NCBI GenBank assembly: GCA_050186725.1
Contig: JBFWYG010000018.1
Coordinates: 1,284-65,283, forward strand
From: Gammaproteobacteria bacterium
GTDB lineage: Bacteria > Pseudomonadota > Gammaproteobacteria > Ga0077536
Length of the DNA stretch: 64,000 nucleotides
Direction of reading: 5' to 3'
Below are positions 1 through 8,303 of the stretch, piece by piece; position 1 is the stretch's first letter, and every line of letters begins with the position of its first letter. The position numbers and the translations under genes are program-made. A model generated the notes under the pieces. That model did not search any database and had not been told where the DNA came from. It saw nothing but the letters and a program-made list of their open reading frames with translations.

Positions 1-1
1 C

Positions 2-652
2 ATCACGGTGCGGGACACCGGCGTGGGCATCGCGAGCGAGAACCTGGCGCGCATCTTCGAGGTATTCGAGCGTGGACCGTCGCGCGCCGCACAGGTGGAC
101 GGCGGGCTCGGCATCGGGCTCACGGTGGTGCGCATGCTGGTGGAGATGCACGGCGGCAGCATCGTCGCGCGCAGCGAGGGCGCCGGCCAGGGCAGCGAGT
201 TCATCATCACGCTGCCGCTGGTGAGCAACGACGCCGAGGCGCGACCGGCCCGCGAGGAGGCGCCGCCCCTGGCCCTGCCGCGGCGACGCATCCTGGTGGT
301 CGACGATAACCGTGACGCGGCCGACAGTCTCGCCATGCTGCTGGAGATGATGGGGCTGGAGGTGCGCGTGGCCTACGACGGGCGCGCCGCGCTCGACCTG
401 CTCGCGAATTATGGCGCGGAGGTGGTGCTGCTGGACATCGCCATGCCGGAGATGGACGGCATCGAGGTGGCGCGCCGGATTCGTGACCAGTCCGCCGGCC
501 GGCACGTGGTGCTGATCGCGATGACCGGCTGGAGCGAGGAGGAGCTCGCGCGTCGCGGTGCGCGCGCCGACTTCGACCTGCACCTGATCAAACCGGTGTC
601 GGGCGCGGTGCTGCTCGGCACGCTCGCCACGCTCCCGGTGCCCGCGGTCTGA
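2..652 (+). CDS. Hybrid sensor histidine kinase/response regulator, C-terminal part (HATPase_c + REC); 5' end lies outside the window
   Basis: DTGVGI (G1), IFEVF (F box) and GLGIGL (G2) motifs, then a receiver domain with VVDDN, LLDIAMP, MTG and KP. Confidence 0.93.
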   Translation: MTVRDTGVGIASENLARIFEVFERGPSRAAQVDGGLGIGLTVVRMLVEMHGGSIVARSEGAGQGSEFIITLPLVSNDAEARPAREEAPPLALPRRRILVVDDNRDAADSLAMLLEMMGLEVRVAYDGRAALDLLANYGAEVVLLDIAMPEMDGIEVARRIRDQSAGRHVVLIAMTGWSEEELARRGARADFDLHLIKPVSGAVLLGTLATLPVPAV

Positions 653-669
653 CAGATACGCCGCGTGGC

Positions 670-1230
670 TCAGTGCGGCAGGTCCTGGTCGATCAGGTCG
701 ACCACCTCCACCGGGTCTATCTCGCGCTCGAGGTGCCGACCGGACTCGTCCACCGGAATCTCGAGCTTCGCGCAGATCGCGTGCAGCAGGCGCAGGGTGT
801 GGGTGGTCTCCTGCTCGGCGAGCAGGTTGATCTGCAGGTCGAGATGATTACGCCGGTCGGCGATGCGGGTCTCGCGATTCTGGCTGATGAGAATGAAGGC
901 TGAGAGGAATACCGCCTCCAGCGAGACGGTGACGGCCAGCCAATCGAAGGGCGGCGGATCGAAGGGAACCTCGGCGAGCGGCAGGCTGTTCCACGCGAGC
1001 CACACGCCGAACCAGCCGAGATGCAGCCACACGAACCACAGGCTTCCGCAGAAGCCACCGATGGTTTCCGCGATGCGCTCACCGAGCGTCAGGCGTTCGC
1101 GTTCACTCTGTTCGAGCCGCGCGATCTCGCGCACGTTCTTGGCGGTCAGCGCCGCCGAGAGGTCCAGCCGACCGCGCCGCTTCCTGCCGCTGCCGGGTGC
1201 TGGCCCCGAGCTTGCAGTCTGCTCCGTCAT
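670..1230 (-). CDS. DUF1003-family membrane protein
   Basis: GS-W-F..H..WF..W..WN...FDPPPF..L...VSLEAVFLSAFILISQNR....AD.R..LDLQINLLAEQE pattern; start taken at MTEQTA (1230). Confidence 0.85.
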   Translation of the reverse strand: MTEQTASSGPAPGSGRKRRGRLDLSAALTAKNVREIARLEQSERERLTLGERIAETIGGFCGSLWFVWLHLGWFGVWLAWNSLPLAEVPFDPPPFDWLAVTVSLEAVFLSAFILISQNRETRIADRRNHLDLQINLLAEQETTHTLRLLHAICAKLEIPVDESGRHLEREIDPVEVVDLIDQDLPH

Positions 1231-1453
1231 GATCGGCTCGAGGTCATCCGTCGGTTGGGGATTCGTCCGCTGCGTGCTGTCGGCGTTGCTGGTCATGCTG
1301 GTCCCCCCGGCGCTGGCCGCGGTGCACACGCTGGCCGGGCTCGATGTGGACAGCAAGGTGTTGTATGGCCTGCTGGCGGCCAGCATGGCCGCCGCGGCGG
1401 TGCAGGTTGCCGCCGGCTTCGTTGGACTTGGTGAGGACGCGTGAGTGACACCT

Positions 1454-1494
1454 GGCGCGACGACGCGGCGGCGCATACGCCGCCGCGTCGCGCC
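1454..1494. terminator. GC-rich hairpin just downstream of the BON gene stop
   Basis: Stem ACGCGGCGGCG-cata-CGCCGCCGCGT, extended by GGCGCG/CGCGCC; no U-tract. Confidence 0.5.
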
Positions 1495-1499
1495 TCGCC

Positions 1500-2630
1500 T
1501 CAGCGCTTGGGAGTGGCGGCGCTGCTGCCGCTTTCGCTGCCCTGCTCGCTCGCGCCACGCGCGGACTTATCGCTACCCTGCTGCATGCCTTGGCCGCTCA
1601 TCGATTGCTGACCACTGGTGACGCGCAGGTTGTTGTGAATCTCCTTCACGCCGCTGCAGCTATCGATCAGGTCTTCGATGCGGTGCTTGGTCATGCGACT
1701 GTCGACGCTGCCTTCGAGCGTGACCTCGCCCTTGCTGACCTGCACGTTGACCTCGCTGGGATCGATGTCGTGATGCTCGGTCAGGCGTTCGCAGATCATT
1801 TCCTTCAGCCGGTCATCGGAGCGCTCGTAGCCCTTGGGTCCGCGCCCGCGGTGCGATTGCCCACCCTGGCCCATGCTCCAGCCACCACCTTGCTGACCGC
1901 GCTCCTGGCTGCCCTGGCCCCACTGGCCCCACTGCTGTCCGCCCTGCGAGCCTTCGCTACCCGGCGCGTAGCCATCGCCACCACGGTAGCCCTGGGCGCC
2001 GTAGCCCTGACCGCTGTATCCCTGCGTGCCGAAGCCCTGGCTGCCGTAGCTCTGGCCACCATAGCCCTGGCCGCCGGCCTGACCACCGTAGCTCTGGCCA
2101 CCATAGCCCTGGCCGCCGGGCTGACCACCGTAGCTCTGGCCACCATAGTCCTGGCCGCCGCTCTGACCACCGTAGCTCTGGCCGCCATAGTCCTGGCCGC
2201 CGCCCTGGCCACCGTAGCGCTGTCCGCCATACCCCTGGCCGCCGCCCTGGCCACCGTAGCGCTGGCCGCCATAGCCCTGCTGGCCATAGCCGCTGCCCTG
2301 ACTGCTCTGGCCGCCGCCGTAACTGCTCTGACCACCGTAGCTGCCCTGGCCACCGCCATAGCCGCCATAGCCGCCGCGCTGCTGGCCGCCGCGCCACTGG
2401 CCTTCACCACCCTGGTCCTCGTGCCAGCGCTCGCCGCCCTGCTGCCGTCCGCCTTCGAACTCGTAGCCGCGGCCGCCGCGCCAACCTTCACCGCGGTTCC
2501 GTCCGCTCTCGCCCTGCCAGGATTCGCGATCCTGCTCGCGATAGCCGCGGCCGTAGCTCTCGTCGTTCTGCGCGCGGATCTCGTCGGCGTAGGGGTCGAA
2601 ACGATCGCGATTCGACTGTCTCTGAGCCAT
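1500..2630 (-). CDS. BON-domain protein with a long G/Q/S/Y low-complexity N-terminal region
   Basis: C-terminal HRGRGPKGYERSDDRLKEMICERLT...V.V..GEVTLEGSV...GVKEIHNNLRV (BON); SD GAGGAG before ATG 2630. Confidence 0.9.
   Translation of the reverse strand: MAQRQSNRDRFDPYADEIRAQNDESYGRGYREQDRESWQGESGRNRGEGWRGGRGYEFEGGRQQGGERWHEDQGGEGQWRGGQQRGGYGGYGGGQGSYGGQSSYGGGQSSQGSGYGQQGYGGQRYGGQGGGQGYGGQRYGGQGGGQDYGGQSYGGQSGGQDYGGQSYGGQPGGQGYGGQSYGGQAGGQGYGGQSYGSQGFGTQGYSGQGYGAQGYRGGDGYAPGSEGSQGGQQWGQWGQGSQERGQQGGGWSMGQGGQSHRGRGPKGYERSDDRLKEMICERLTEHHDIDPSEVNVQVSKGEVTLEGSVDSRMTKHRIEDLIDSCSGVKEIHNNLRVTSGQQSMSGQGMQQGSDKSARGASEQGSESGSSAATPKR
2038..2290 (-). repeat. About 6 tandem 42-bp (14-aa) coding repeats, xGGQ[G/D]YGGQ[S/R]YGGQ
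   Basis: Unit ccaccgtagctctggccaccatagccctggccgccgggctga repeated with variation. Confidence 0.9.
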
Positions 2631-2709
2631 GTCTGTTTCTCCTCTCGTGGACTCGAAAAAACTCGTGAAAGCGACCCGCGCTCGGAGGGCGGATCGCGTA
2701 CTCACAGGC

Positions 2710-2725
2710 AGCAAGTGGCGTGCCA
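2710..2725 (-). promoter_or_regulatory. Sigma-54 promoter for the BON gene
   Basis: TGGCACG-CCAC-TTGCT on the minus strand, a consensus -24/-12 site. Confidence 0.85.
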
Positions 2726-2748
2726 CAGCCCCGGCGTAGGTGTTCGTC

Positions 2749-2764
2749 TGGCACGCCCATTGCT
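2749..2764 (+). promoter_or_regulatory. Sigma-54 promoter for the Cys-rich gene/ku unit
   Basis: TGGCACG-CCCA-TTGCT, a consensus -24/-12 site. Confidence 0.85.
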
Positions 2765-2796
2765 GCCACGTCATGCCCAGCGCGAGGAGCGCCGAC

Positions 2797-3030
2797 ATGC
2801 CCAAGTGCGACACCTGTGGTAACAACTATGAACGGGCCATCGAGATTCGACGCGGCGCCCGCAGTCACTGGTTCGATTGCTTCGAGTGCGCGATCCACGC
2901 GCTCGCACCGCGTTGCGCCCACTGCCGCTGCGCGATCATCGGCCACGGCGTCGAGCACGGCGGACGCGACTATTGCTGTACACACTGTGCGCGGTGCGGC
3001 CAATCCGACCTGCCGCTGTTCGATCCCTGA
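2797..3030 (+). CDS. Small Cys/His-rich metallothionein-like or Zn-ribbon protein (77 aa)
   Basis: MPKCDTCGNNY...FDCFECAIHALAPRCAHCRCAIIGHGVE...YCCTHCA; 11 Cys and 6 His; SD GAGGAG. Confidence 0.8.
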   Translation: MPKCDTCGNNYERAIEIRRGARSHWFDCFECAIHALAPRCAHCRCAIIGHGVEHGGRDYCCTHCARCGQSDLPLFDP

Positions 3031-3096
3031 GCCAGTCGTCCGGCGGCGTAAGCCTTACATGCACGTGTAGCAATTGCGCGTTGGAGGGCAGTGCAC

Positions 3097-3984
3097 ATGG
3101 CGCGCAAGCGCAAGTCGCAAGCCGACGCCGCCAAGTCGGTTCGTGAACAGCCCGTTGGTGGTCGACCGTTGTGGAGCGGGCAGATCCGCCTGTCGCTGGT
3201 GTCGGTGCCGGTGCAGATTCATGCCGCGGTGAACAGCGGCGCGCGGCTGTCCTTCCACCAGGTGCACGCGCCGAGCGGCAAGCGCATCCGCTACGAGAAG
3301 ATCGCGCCTGGTATCGGGCCGGTGCCGGCGACGGAGATCCTCAAGGGTTACGAGATCAGCGATGGACAATATGTCCTGCTGGAACAGGCGGAGATCGACA
3401 GCGTCAAGTTGAGCGCCAAGCACATCTTCGAGCTGGTGCAGTTCGTCGAGCAGGGCGCGATCGACCTGCTGTACTTCGACCGTCCCTATTACGTGACGCC
3501 GCAGAACGAACTCGCCGAGGATGGCTATCGTGTGCTGCGCGACGCGCTGCGCGAGACGCGCAAGGTCGGCATCGGGCAGATAGTGATGCGCAGTCGCGAG
3601 TACATCGCGGCGCTCAAGCCCTGCGGTCGCGGGCTCCTGATGGAGACGCTGCGCTTCGATGACGAAGTTCGGCGGGCCGCGCCGCTGTTCGCGCCGGTCG
3701 ATGAAGGCGGCAGCGATGGCGAGCTGGTGGCTCTCGCGCGCGAACTGATCGAGCGCAAGTCGGCGCCCTTCGATCCCGCGACGTTCCGCGATCGCTACAG
3801 CGAGGCGCTGCGCGCGCTGGTCGAGGACAAGGTCAAGCACCGCCGCGCGGTGAGCGTCGACGAGGACGAGGCGCCGGACGGCGCGGAGGTCATCGACCTG
3901 GTGGCGGCGCTGCGGCGCAGCCTCGGCGGCAGCGGCAAGCCGACCCCCGCACGTCCCCGGCGCAAGGCGCGTCGCGCCCGCTAG
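3097..3984 (+). CDS. ku: Non-homologous end-joining protein Ku
   Basis: RPLWSGQIRLSLVSVPV, RIRYEK, ILKGYEI, YFDRPYYVTP, F.DRY, VIDLVAALRRSL and a basic tail. Confidence 0.95.
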   Translation: MARKRKSQADAAKSVREQPVGGRPLWSGQIRLSLVSVPVQIHAAVNSGARLSFHQVHAPSGKRIRYEKIAPGIGPVPATEILKGYEISDGQYVLLEQAEIDSVKLSAKHIFELVQFVEQGAIDLLYFDRPYYVTPQNELAEDGYRVLRDALRETRKVGIGQIVMRSREYIAALKPCGRGLLMETLRFDDEVRRAAPLFAPVDEGGSDGELVALARELIERKSAPFDPATFRDRYSEALRALVEDKVKHRRAVSVDEDEAPDGAEVIDLVAALRRSLGGSGKPTPARPRRKARRAR

Positions 3985-4460
3985 CCGCGTTCCTCGCGCA
4001 CGTCCACCGCGCCGTGGGCGGACAGCACCTCGAGCGCGAGCGCGCGGCCCGCGGCGCCGTTCACTTCGACTTTGATGATCTCATCGCGCTGGGCGAGGGA
4101 CGGTTCGTCCGGCGCGGCATTCTGCTCGGCGCCGGACAGCGCGCCGATCAGGGCGCCCGCGTAGGCCCCTACGCCAATGCCGGCGACGATGGCGCCGGGG
4201 CCGATGAGCGGCGCGACCGCGGTCGCTGCCACCACGCCGACCACGCCACCGGCCACGCTGCCCGCCACCGCGCCACCGGCCGCGTGGCTGCCGGTGCGTT
4301 CGGCGCCGCTCGATTCCGCAGGGTCGGGCGAGACGTGGAAATCCGGCGCGGCGCCGGCCGCGGTCGATTCCCGACCGAGGCTGAAGCCCCGCGCGTTGAG
4401 CGCCTGCACGGCGCGCTCGGCATCGGCGCGCTCGCGAAAGCGGGCGATGATCAGGTCCAT
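3981..4460 (-). CDS. General-stress-type membrane protein with a glycine-zipper hairpin
   Basis: MDLIIARFRERADAERAVQAL..RGF followed by GGAVAGSVAGGVVG...GIGVGAYAGALIGALSG; SD GGAGGG. Confidence 0.75.
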   Translation of the reverse strand: MDLIIARFRERADAERAVQALNARGFSLGRESTAAGAAPDFHVSPDPAESSGAERTGSHAAGGAVAGSVAGGVVGVVAATAVAPLIGPGAIVAGIGVGAYAGALIGALSGAEQNAAPDEPSLAQRDEIIKVEVNGAAGRALALEVLSAHGAVDVREERG

Positions 4461-4495
4461 CGCTGGCCCTCCGTTGTGACTGGTGCCGAGGTCGA

Positions 4496-4511
4496 CGCAA
4501 GCCGCATGCCA
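4496..4511 (-). promoter_or_regulatory. Sigma-54 promoter for the glycine-zipper gene
   Basis: TGGCATG-CGGC-TTGCG on the minus strand. Confidence 0.8.
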
Positions 4512-4617
4512 CGCGCGCCGCGCTACGTCATTTCCGCAAGTCCTACAGTCCGGGCGGGAGGGCCGTGCTAGCCTGCCTCGGCCACCTGTGAGGGGCGCGT
4601 GAGTTGGAAGCAAGAGG

Positions 4618-5709
4618 ATGTCGGCAGAAGATTCCCCCCCGCTCGTAGCACCCGCTCCGGACGCCCCGCCTGCGGTCGTCACCCCCGGGCTCGATGTGCA
4701 TCTGCTGGGCGACTTCGTCCACGAGATGCGCAACCAGCTCGCGCCCATCGCCCACGCGGGCGACGCGCTCGCGCTGCTGCGCGAAGCGCCGGCGCCGGTC
4801 CGCAACGCCGCGCTCAGCATCCAGCGCCAGGGGCGGCAAGTGAGTCGACTGCTCGATCGCATGGCGCTGGCGGCGCGCATCTTCGTGCCCGATTTCACCC
4901 TCGATCTCGAACCCGTGGCGCTCGAGGACCTGCTCGCGGACGTCGTGCGCGATTTCGCCACCCTGCACGGCGGGCGTGTCGAAGTCCTGCCCCACGCGGC
5001 CAGGCTGAGCGTGCGCGCCTCGCGCGAGCACTTGTCCTGGACGCTGCTCGAGGTGCTGGAAATGAGCGCCGCGCGGCGCGAGCCCGAGTTCGGTCTGCTG
5101 CTCCGCGTGCTCCGCGAAGGGGACACGGTGGTGCTCGCGGTCGGCGAAGCGCGGGACGAACAGGCGGTCGCGCCGGCCTCGCGCGGGGCCGCGCTCGGCG
5201 TACGCTGCGCGACGCGCCTCGCCGAGCTGATGGGCGGCGCCCTCGTGTGCGGCTTCGACGAGCAGGCCGCGGCTGATGGCTTTCGCCTGACTCTCGCGAG
5301 CGCCGCGCCCGCGGAGCTCGCGGCCTCGGACAGGCTGCACGGCGCCACCCGGCGCGTGCTGGTGGTCGACGACAACCGTGCGCTGTGCGACTCGCTCTTG
5401 AGCCTGGTGGACGAGCTCGGACATGTCGCGCGCGCCGCCTGCACCGGCCTCGATGCGATGTCCATCGCCATCCTGTGGGAACCGGACCTGGTGCTGATCG
5501 ATGTGAACCTCGCCGGCACCAACGGCTACGACGTGGCGCTGCGCCTGCGCAGCGAGTTTCCGGAAAGCGCGATGAAGATCCACATGATGAGCGGCGACGC
5601 GAGTGGCGAGGCCCTCGCCCGCGAGGCGCGCCGCCGCGGTCTCGACGGCTTCGTCGGCAAGATGGAGTGCGGGGCGTTCCTGCATCGAGCGCTCGTGGTG
5701 GGTGCATGA
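4618..5709 (+). CDS. Atypical hybrid kinase-like protein: HisKA + degenerate ATPase region + REC
   Basis: H-box FVHEMRNQLAPI; no recognisable N, G1 or G2 boxes; receiver with VLVVDDN...LIDVNL...MSG...K. Confidence 0.75.
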   Translation: MSAEDSPPLVAPAPDAPPAVVTPGLDVHLLGDFVHEMRNQLAPIAHAGDALALLREAPAPVRNAALSIQRQGRQVSRLLDRMALAARIFVPDFTLDLEPVALEDLLADVVRDFATLHGGRVEVLPHAARLSVRASREHLSWTLLEVLEMSAARREPEFGLLLRVLREGDTVVLAVGEARDEQAVAPASRGAALGVRCATRLAELMGGALVCGFDEQAAADGFRLTLASAAPAELAASDRLHGATRRVLVVDDNRALCDSLLSLVDELGHVARAACTGLDAMSIAILWEPDLVLIDVNLAGTNGYDVALRLRSEFPESAMKIHMMSGDASGEALAREARRRGLDGFVGKMECGAFLHRALVVGA

Positions 5710-5875
5710 GCGGGCAGAGTCCGCAGCCGCGCGCGACGGGAAGTTGATACGAACTCCGCGACCGCCGGGGACGACTAGCGGGCTCTAGTCCGACCTGCGG
5801 GGGCGATGCTTGCCGACAGCCGCCGGGGAGAGCGGGCGCGACCATGGGCGCCGCATCTCGCGGAGGGCAGACACC

Positions 5876-6766
5876 ATGAGTCACGACACTTCCAGTGCGG
5901 CGCAACCGCGTCCGCCTTTTCCCGCGCAGCACCAGGCAACGCCGGGGCTGGAAACCGAACTCGAGCCACCGCCGCGCTACGCCGCGCCGGCCTACCGGCC
6001 CGCGGCCAAGCTGGTCGGCAAGGTGGCGCTCATCACCGGCGGCGACTCGGGCATCGGCCGGGCGGTCGCGCTCATGTACGCGCGCGAGGGCGCGGCGGTC
6101 GCCATCAACTATCTCATCGACGAGGAAGAGGACGCGGTCATCACCCAGACCGCGATCCACGAGCATCACGGCGAATGCCTGCTGCTGCCGGGCGATCTGT
6201 CCGAGGCGCCGACCTGTCATTCGCTGGTGGAACGCACGGTGCGCAGGTTCGGGCGCCTGGACATCCTGGTTTCGAATGCCGCGCACCAGGCGCGCAAGTC
6301 CGAGCCCGAGGACATCACCGACGACGAACTCGAGCTGACCTTTCGCACCAACGTGTTTCCCTTCGTGTGGCTGTGCCGCGCCGCGCTGCCGCACCTCACG
6401 CGCGGCAGCAGCATCATCGCGACCAGTTCCAAGGTGGGGCTGTTCGGCTCGTCCAGGCTGCCCGACTATGCAGCGAGCAAGGGGGCATTGAACGCGCTGG
6501 TGAAATCGCTCGCGCAAGCGCTGGTGGGGCGTGGCATTCGCGTCAACGCGGTGGCGCCCGGGCCGGTGTGGACACCTTTGAACGCGGCCGATCCGGGCCA
6601 GCCGCCGGACAAGGTGGCGACTTTCGGTGGCTCCAACCCGATGGGCCGCCCGGCGCAGCCGGAGGAACTGGCGCCGGCCTACGTGTTCCTGGCCTCCGAG
6701 GCCGATTCGCCTTACATCACCGGCACGGTGCTGGAGGTGATGGGCGGCGAGACCAGCGGCGGCTGA
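5876..6766 (+). CDS. SDR oxidoreductase (YghA/general stress protein 39-like)
   Basis: P.Q.Q..PGLE N-terminus, TGGDSGIG, YAASK, RVNAVAPGPVWTP, GRPAQPEE. Confidence 0.92.
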   Translation: MSHDTSSAAQPRPPFPAQHQATPGLETELEPPPRYAAPAYRPAAKLVGKVALITGGDSGIGRAVALMYAREGAAVAINYLIDEEEDAVITQTAIHEHHGECLLLPGDLSEAPTCHSLVERTVRRFGRLDILVSNAAHQARKSEPEDITDDELELTFRTNVFPFVWLCRAALPHLTRGSSIIATSSKVGLFGSSRLPDYAASKGALNALVKSLAQALVGRGIRVNAVAPGPVWTPLNAADPGQPPDKVATFGGSNPMGRPAQPEELAPAYVFLASEADSPYITGTVLEVMGGETSGG

Positions 6767-6781
6767 ACGACTCGGCAGGCG

Positions 6782-7090
6782 ATGGCGAAGTACGGCAAGA
6801 AGGCGCAGGCCAAGGTGCGCGAAGTCATGGAAGAATTCGCGGCGGGCGAACTGCGGAGCGGACGCTCGGGCAAGAAGGTCACCAACCGCCGCCAGGCGGT
6901 GGCCATCGGCCTGGCGGAAGCGCGCGAGGCCGGCGCCAAGGTGCCGCCGCCGCCGGCCCCGCGGGCCGGCAGGAAGAAGTCTGCCACGAAGACCTCGGGG
7001 AAGAAGAAGGCGGCCAAGTCGCGTGCGTCCAAGAAGAAGGCGCCCAGCAAGAAGACTCCTGGGAGGAAGACGCAGAAGCGCGCGAGCTAG
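6782..7090 (+). CDS. DUF6496-like small protein with a Lys-rich histone-like tail
   Basis: AQAKVREVMEEF..GELRSGRSGKKVTNRRQAVAIGLAEAR..GAKVP followed by a KKSATK/KKKAAK tail. Confidence 0.85.
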   Translation: MAKYGKKAQAKVREVMEEFAAGELRSGRSGKKVTNRRQAVAIGLAEAREAGAKVPPPPAPRAGRKKSATKTSGKKKAAKSRASKKKAPSKKTPGRKTQKRAS

Positions 7091-8136
7091 GTGCCCGGCG
7101 ACCGGCGTCTGGCACGCTTCCCGCCGTTCAGGAAGGCGAGCAGTGCCCGCTCCGCGGTGAGGCGGTCATCGCTCGCGCAGCGGGCCAGCACGTCGGGCCA
7201 GGCGCCGCTCTGGTAGGCGTCGATCAGCGCCGGATGCACGTAGCTCTTGCGGCAGATGGCGGGCGTATTGCCGAGCGCGGCCGCGACCGCTTCGAGCACT
7301 GGGCGCAGACCCTGGCGCGGCGCGCCGGCGGCTTGCTCCGCACTCTGCCGCGCGAAGAGCCGCGCCGCGAGCAGGCTGGCGCCCCAGGTGCGAAAGCTCT
7401 TGGCGGTGCAGCCCTCGCCGGCGACCGTCGCCAGGTAGGCGTTGACCGCGCCCGAATCGATGGGCCGTTGGCGGCCCTCCGCGTCGAGATACTGAAAGAG
7501 TTCCTGTCCTGGCAGTTCACGGCAGCGCGCCACGATGCGCGCCAGGCGGCGGTCGATCACACCCAGGCGCTGAGCGCGACCACCCTTGCCACGAAAGCTG
7601 AACAGTACCTGTTCGCCTGCGACGCGCACGTGCCGGTTGCGGAGCGTGGTGAGACCGAAGGAACCGTTCAAGCGTGCGTACTCGGTATTGCCGATGCGCA
7701 TCAGCGTCAGGTCCAGCAGGCGCACCGCCGCCGCCACCACCTTGGTGTCGCTCAAGCCGGGCAGCGCGAGGTCGGCCTCCACCCGGCGGCGCAGCGTCGG
7801 CAGCGCACGTCCGAAGTCGCGCAACGCGCCGAACTTGTCGCGCTCGCGACGCGCGCGCCAGGCCGGGTGGTAGCGATACTGCTTGCGCCCGCGCGTGTCG
7901 CGTCCCGTCGCCTGCAGATGCCCCTGCGGATCGGCGCAGATCCACACATCGGTCCAGGCCGGCGGTATGGCCAGTCGCGCGATGCGCGCCAGGATCTCGG
8001 CGTCGCGCACGACGGCGCCTGTCGCCTCCACGTAACGCATCCCGCCCCGCACGTTCTCACGCGTGTAGCCGGGGCGCCGGTCGCTCACGTAACGCAGGCG
8101 GCCTGGTGCGGATTCGCTGTCGACGACGGTGGGCAC
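7087..8136 (-). CDS. Bacterial DNA topoisomerase IB
   Basis: LAIPPAWTDVWIC, GHLQATGRD.RGRKQYRYH, RIGN, SFGLTTL, FRGKG, KSFRTW, LGNTPAICRKSYVHP (catalytic Tyr). Confidence 0.95.
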   Translation of the reverse strand: MPTVVDSESAPGRLRYVSDRRPGYTRENVRGGMRYVEATGAVVRDAEILARIARLAIPPAWTDVWICADPQGHLQATGRDTRGRKQYRYHPAWRARRERDKFGALRDFGRALPTLRRRVEADLALPGLSDTKVVAAAVRLLDLTLMRIGNTEYARLNGSFGLTTLRNRHVRVAGEQVLFSFRGKGGRAQRLGVIDRRLARIVARCRELPGQELFQYLDAEGRQRPIDSGAVNAYLATVAGEGCTAKSFRTWGASLLAARLFARQSAEQAAGAPRQGLRPVLEAVAAALGNTPAICRKSYVHPALIDAYQSGAWPDVLARCASDDRLTAERALLAFLNGGKRARRRSPGT

Positions 8137-8147
8137 GCGAGCCCAAT

Positions 8148-8163
8148 CGCAAGCGGCATGCCA
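8148..8163 (-). promoter_or_regulatory. Sigma-54 promoter for topoisomerase IB
   Basis: TGGCATG-CCGC-TTGCG on the minus strand; predicted +1 falls at about the GTG start. Confidence 0.8.
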
Positions 8164-8251
8164 GCGCGCAGCGCGCCGCCTTCTTACACGTCGCCCGCGT
8201 AGAAGCTACATGCGCGCCGAGGCAGGCCACGACGCGCGTGGCTCGCGCGCG

Positions 8252-8267
8252 AGGCATGGAGTTTGCT
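8252..8267 (+). promoter_or_regulatory. Sigma-54 promoter for the hemerythrin gene
   Basis: AGGCATG-GAGT-TTGCT. Confidence 0.8.
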
Positions 8268-8303
8268 GATGCACTGGACACTTCATTCTCCAGGAGTTCT
8301 TCC

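Noticed and set aside
2038-2290. CRISPR array or non-coding tandem repeat
   Set aside because: The 42-bp units are contiguous, have no unique spacers and are in frame within a CDS; no cas genes are present.
7087-8136. Phage integrase/tyrosine recombinase marking a mobile element
   Set aside because: The motifs match bacterial topoisomerase IB, and there are no att sites or phage genes.
5806-8202. 798-aa plus-strand ORF and other long alternative-frame ORFs (e.g. 4895-6517, 31117-32772, 1590-2822)
   Set aside because: They are shadow ORFs of GC-rich genes, Arg/Ala/Pro-rich with no motifs, and overlap well-supported CDSs.
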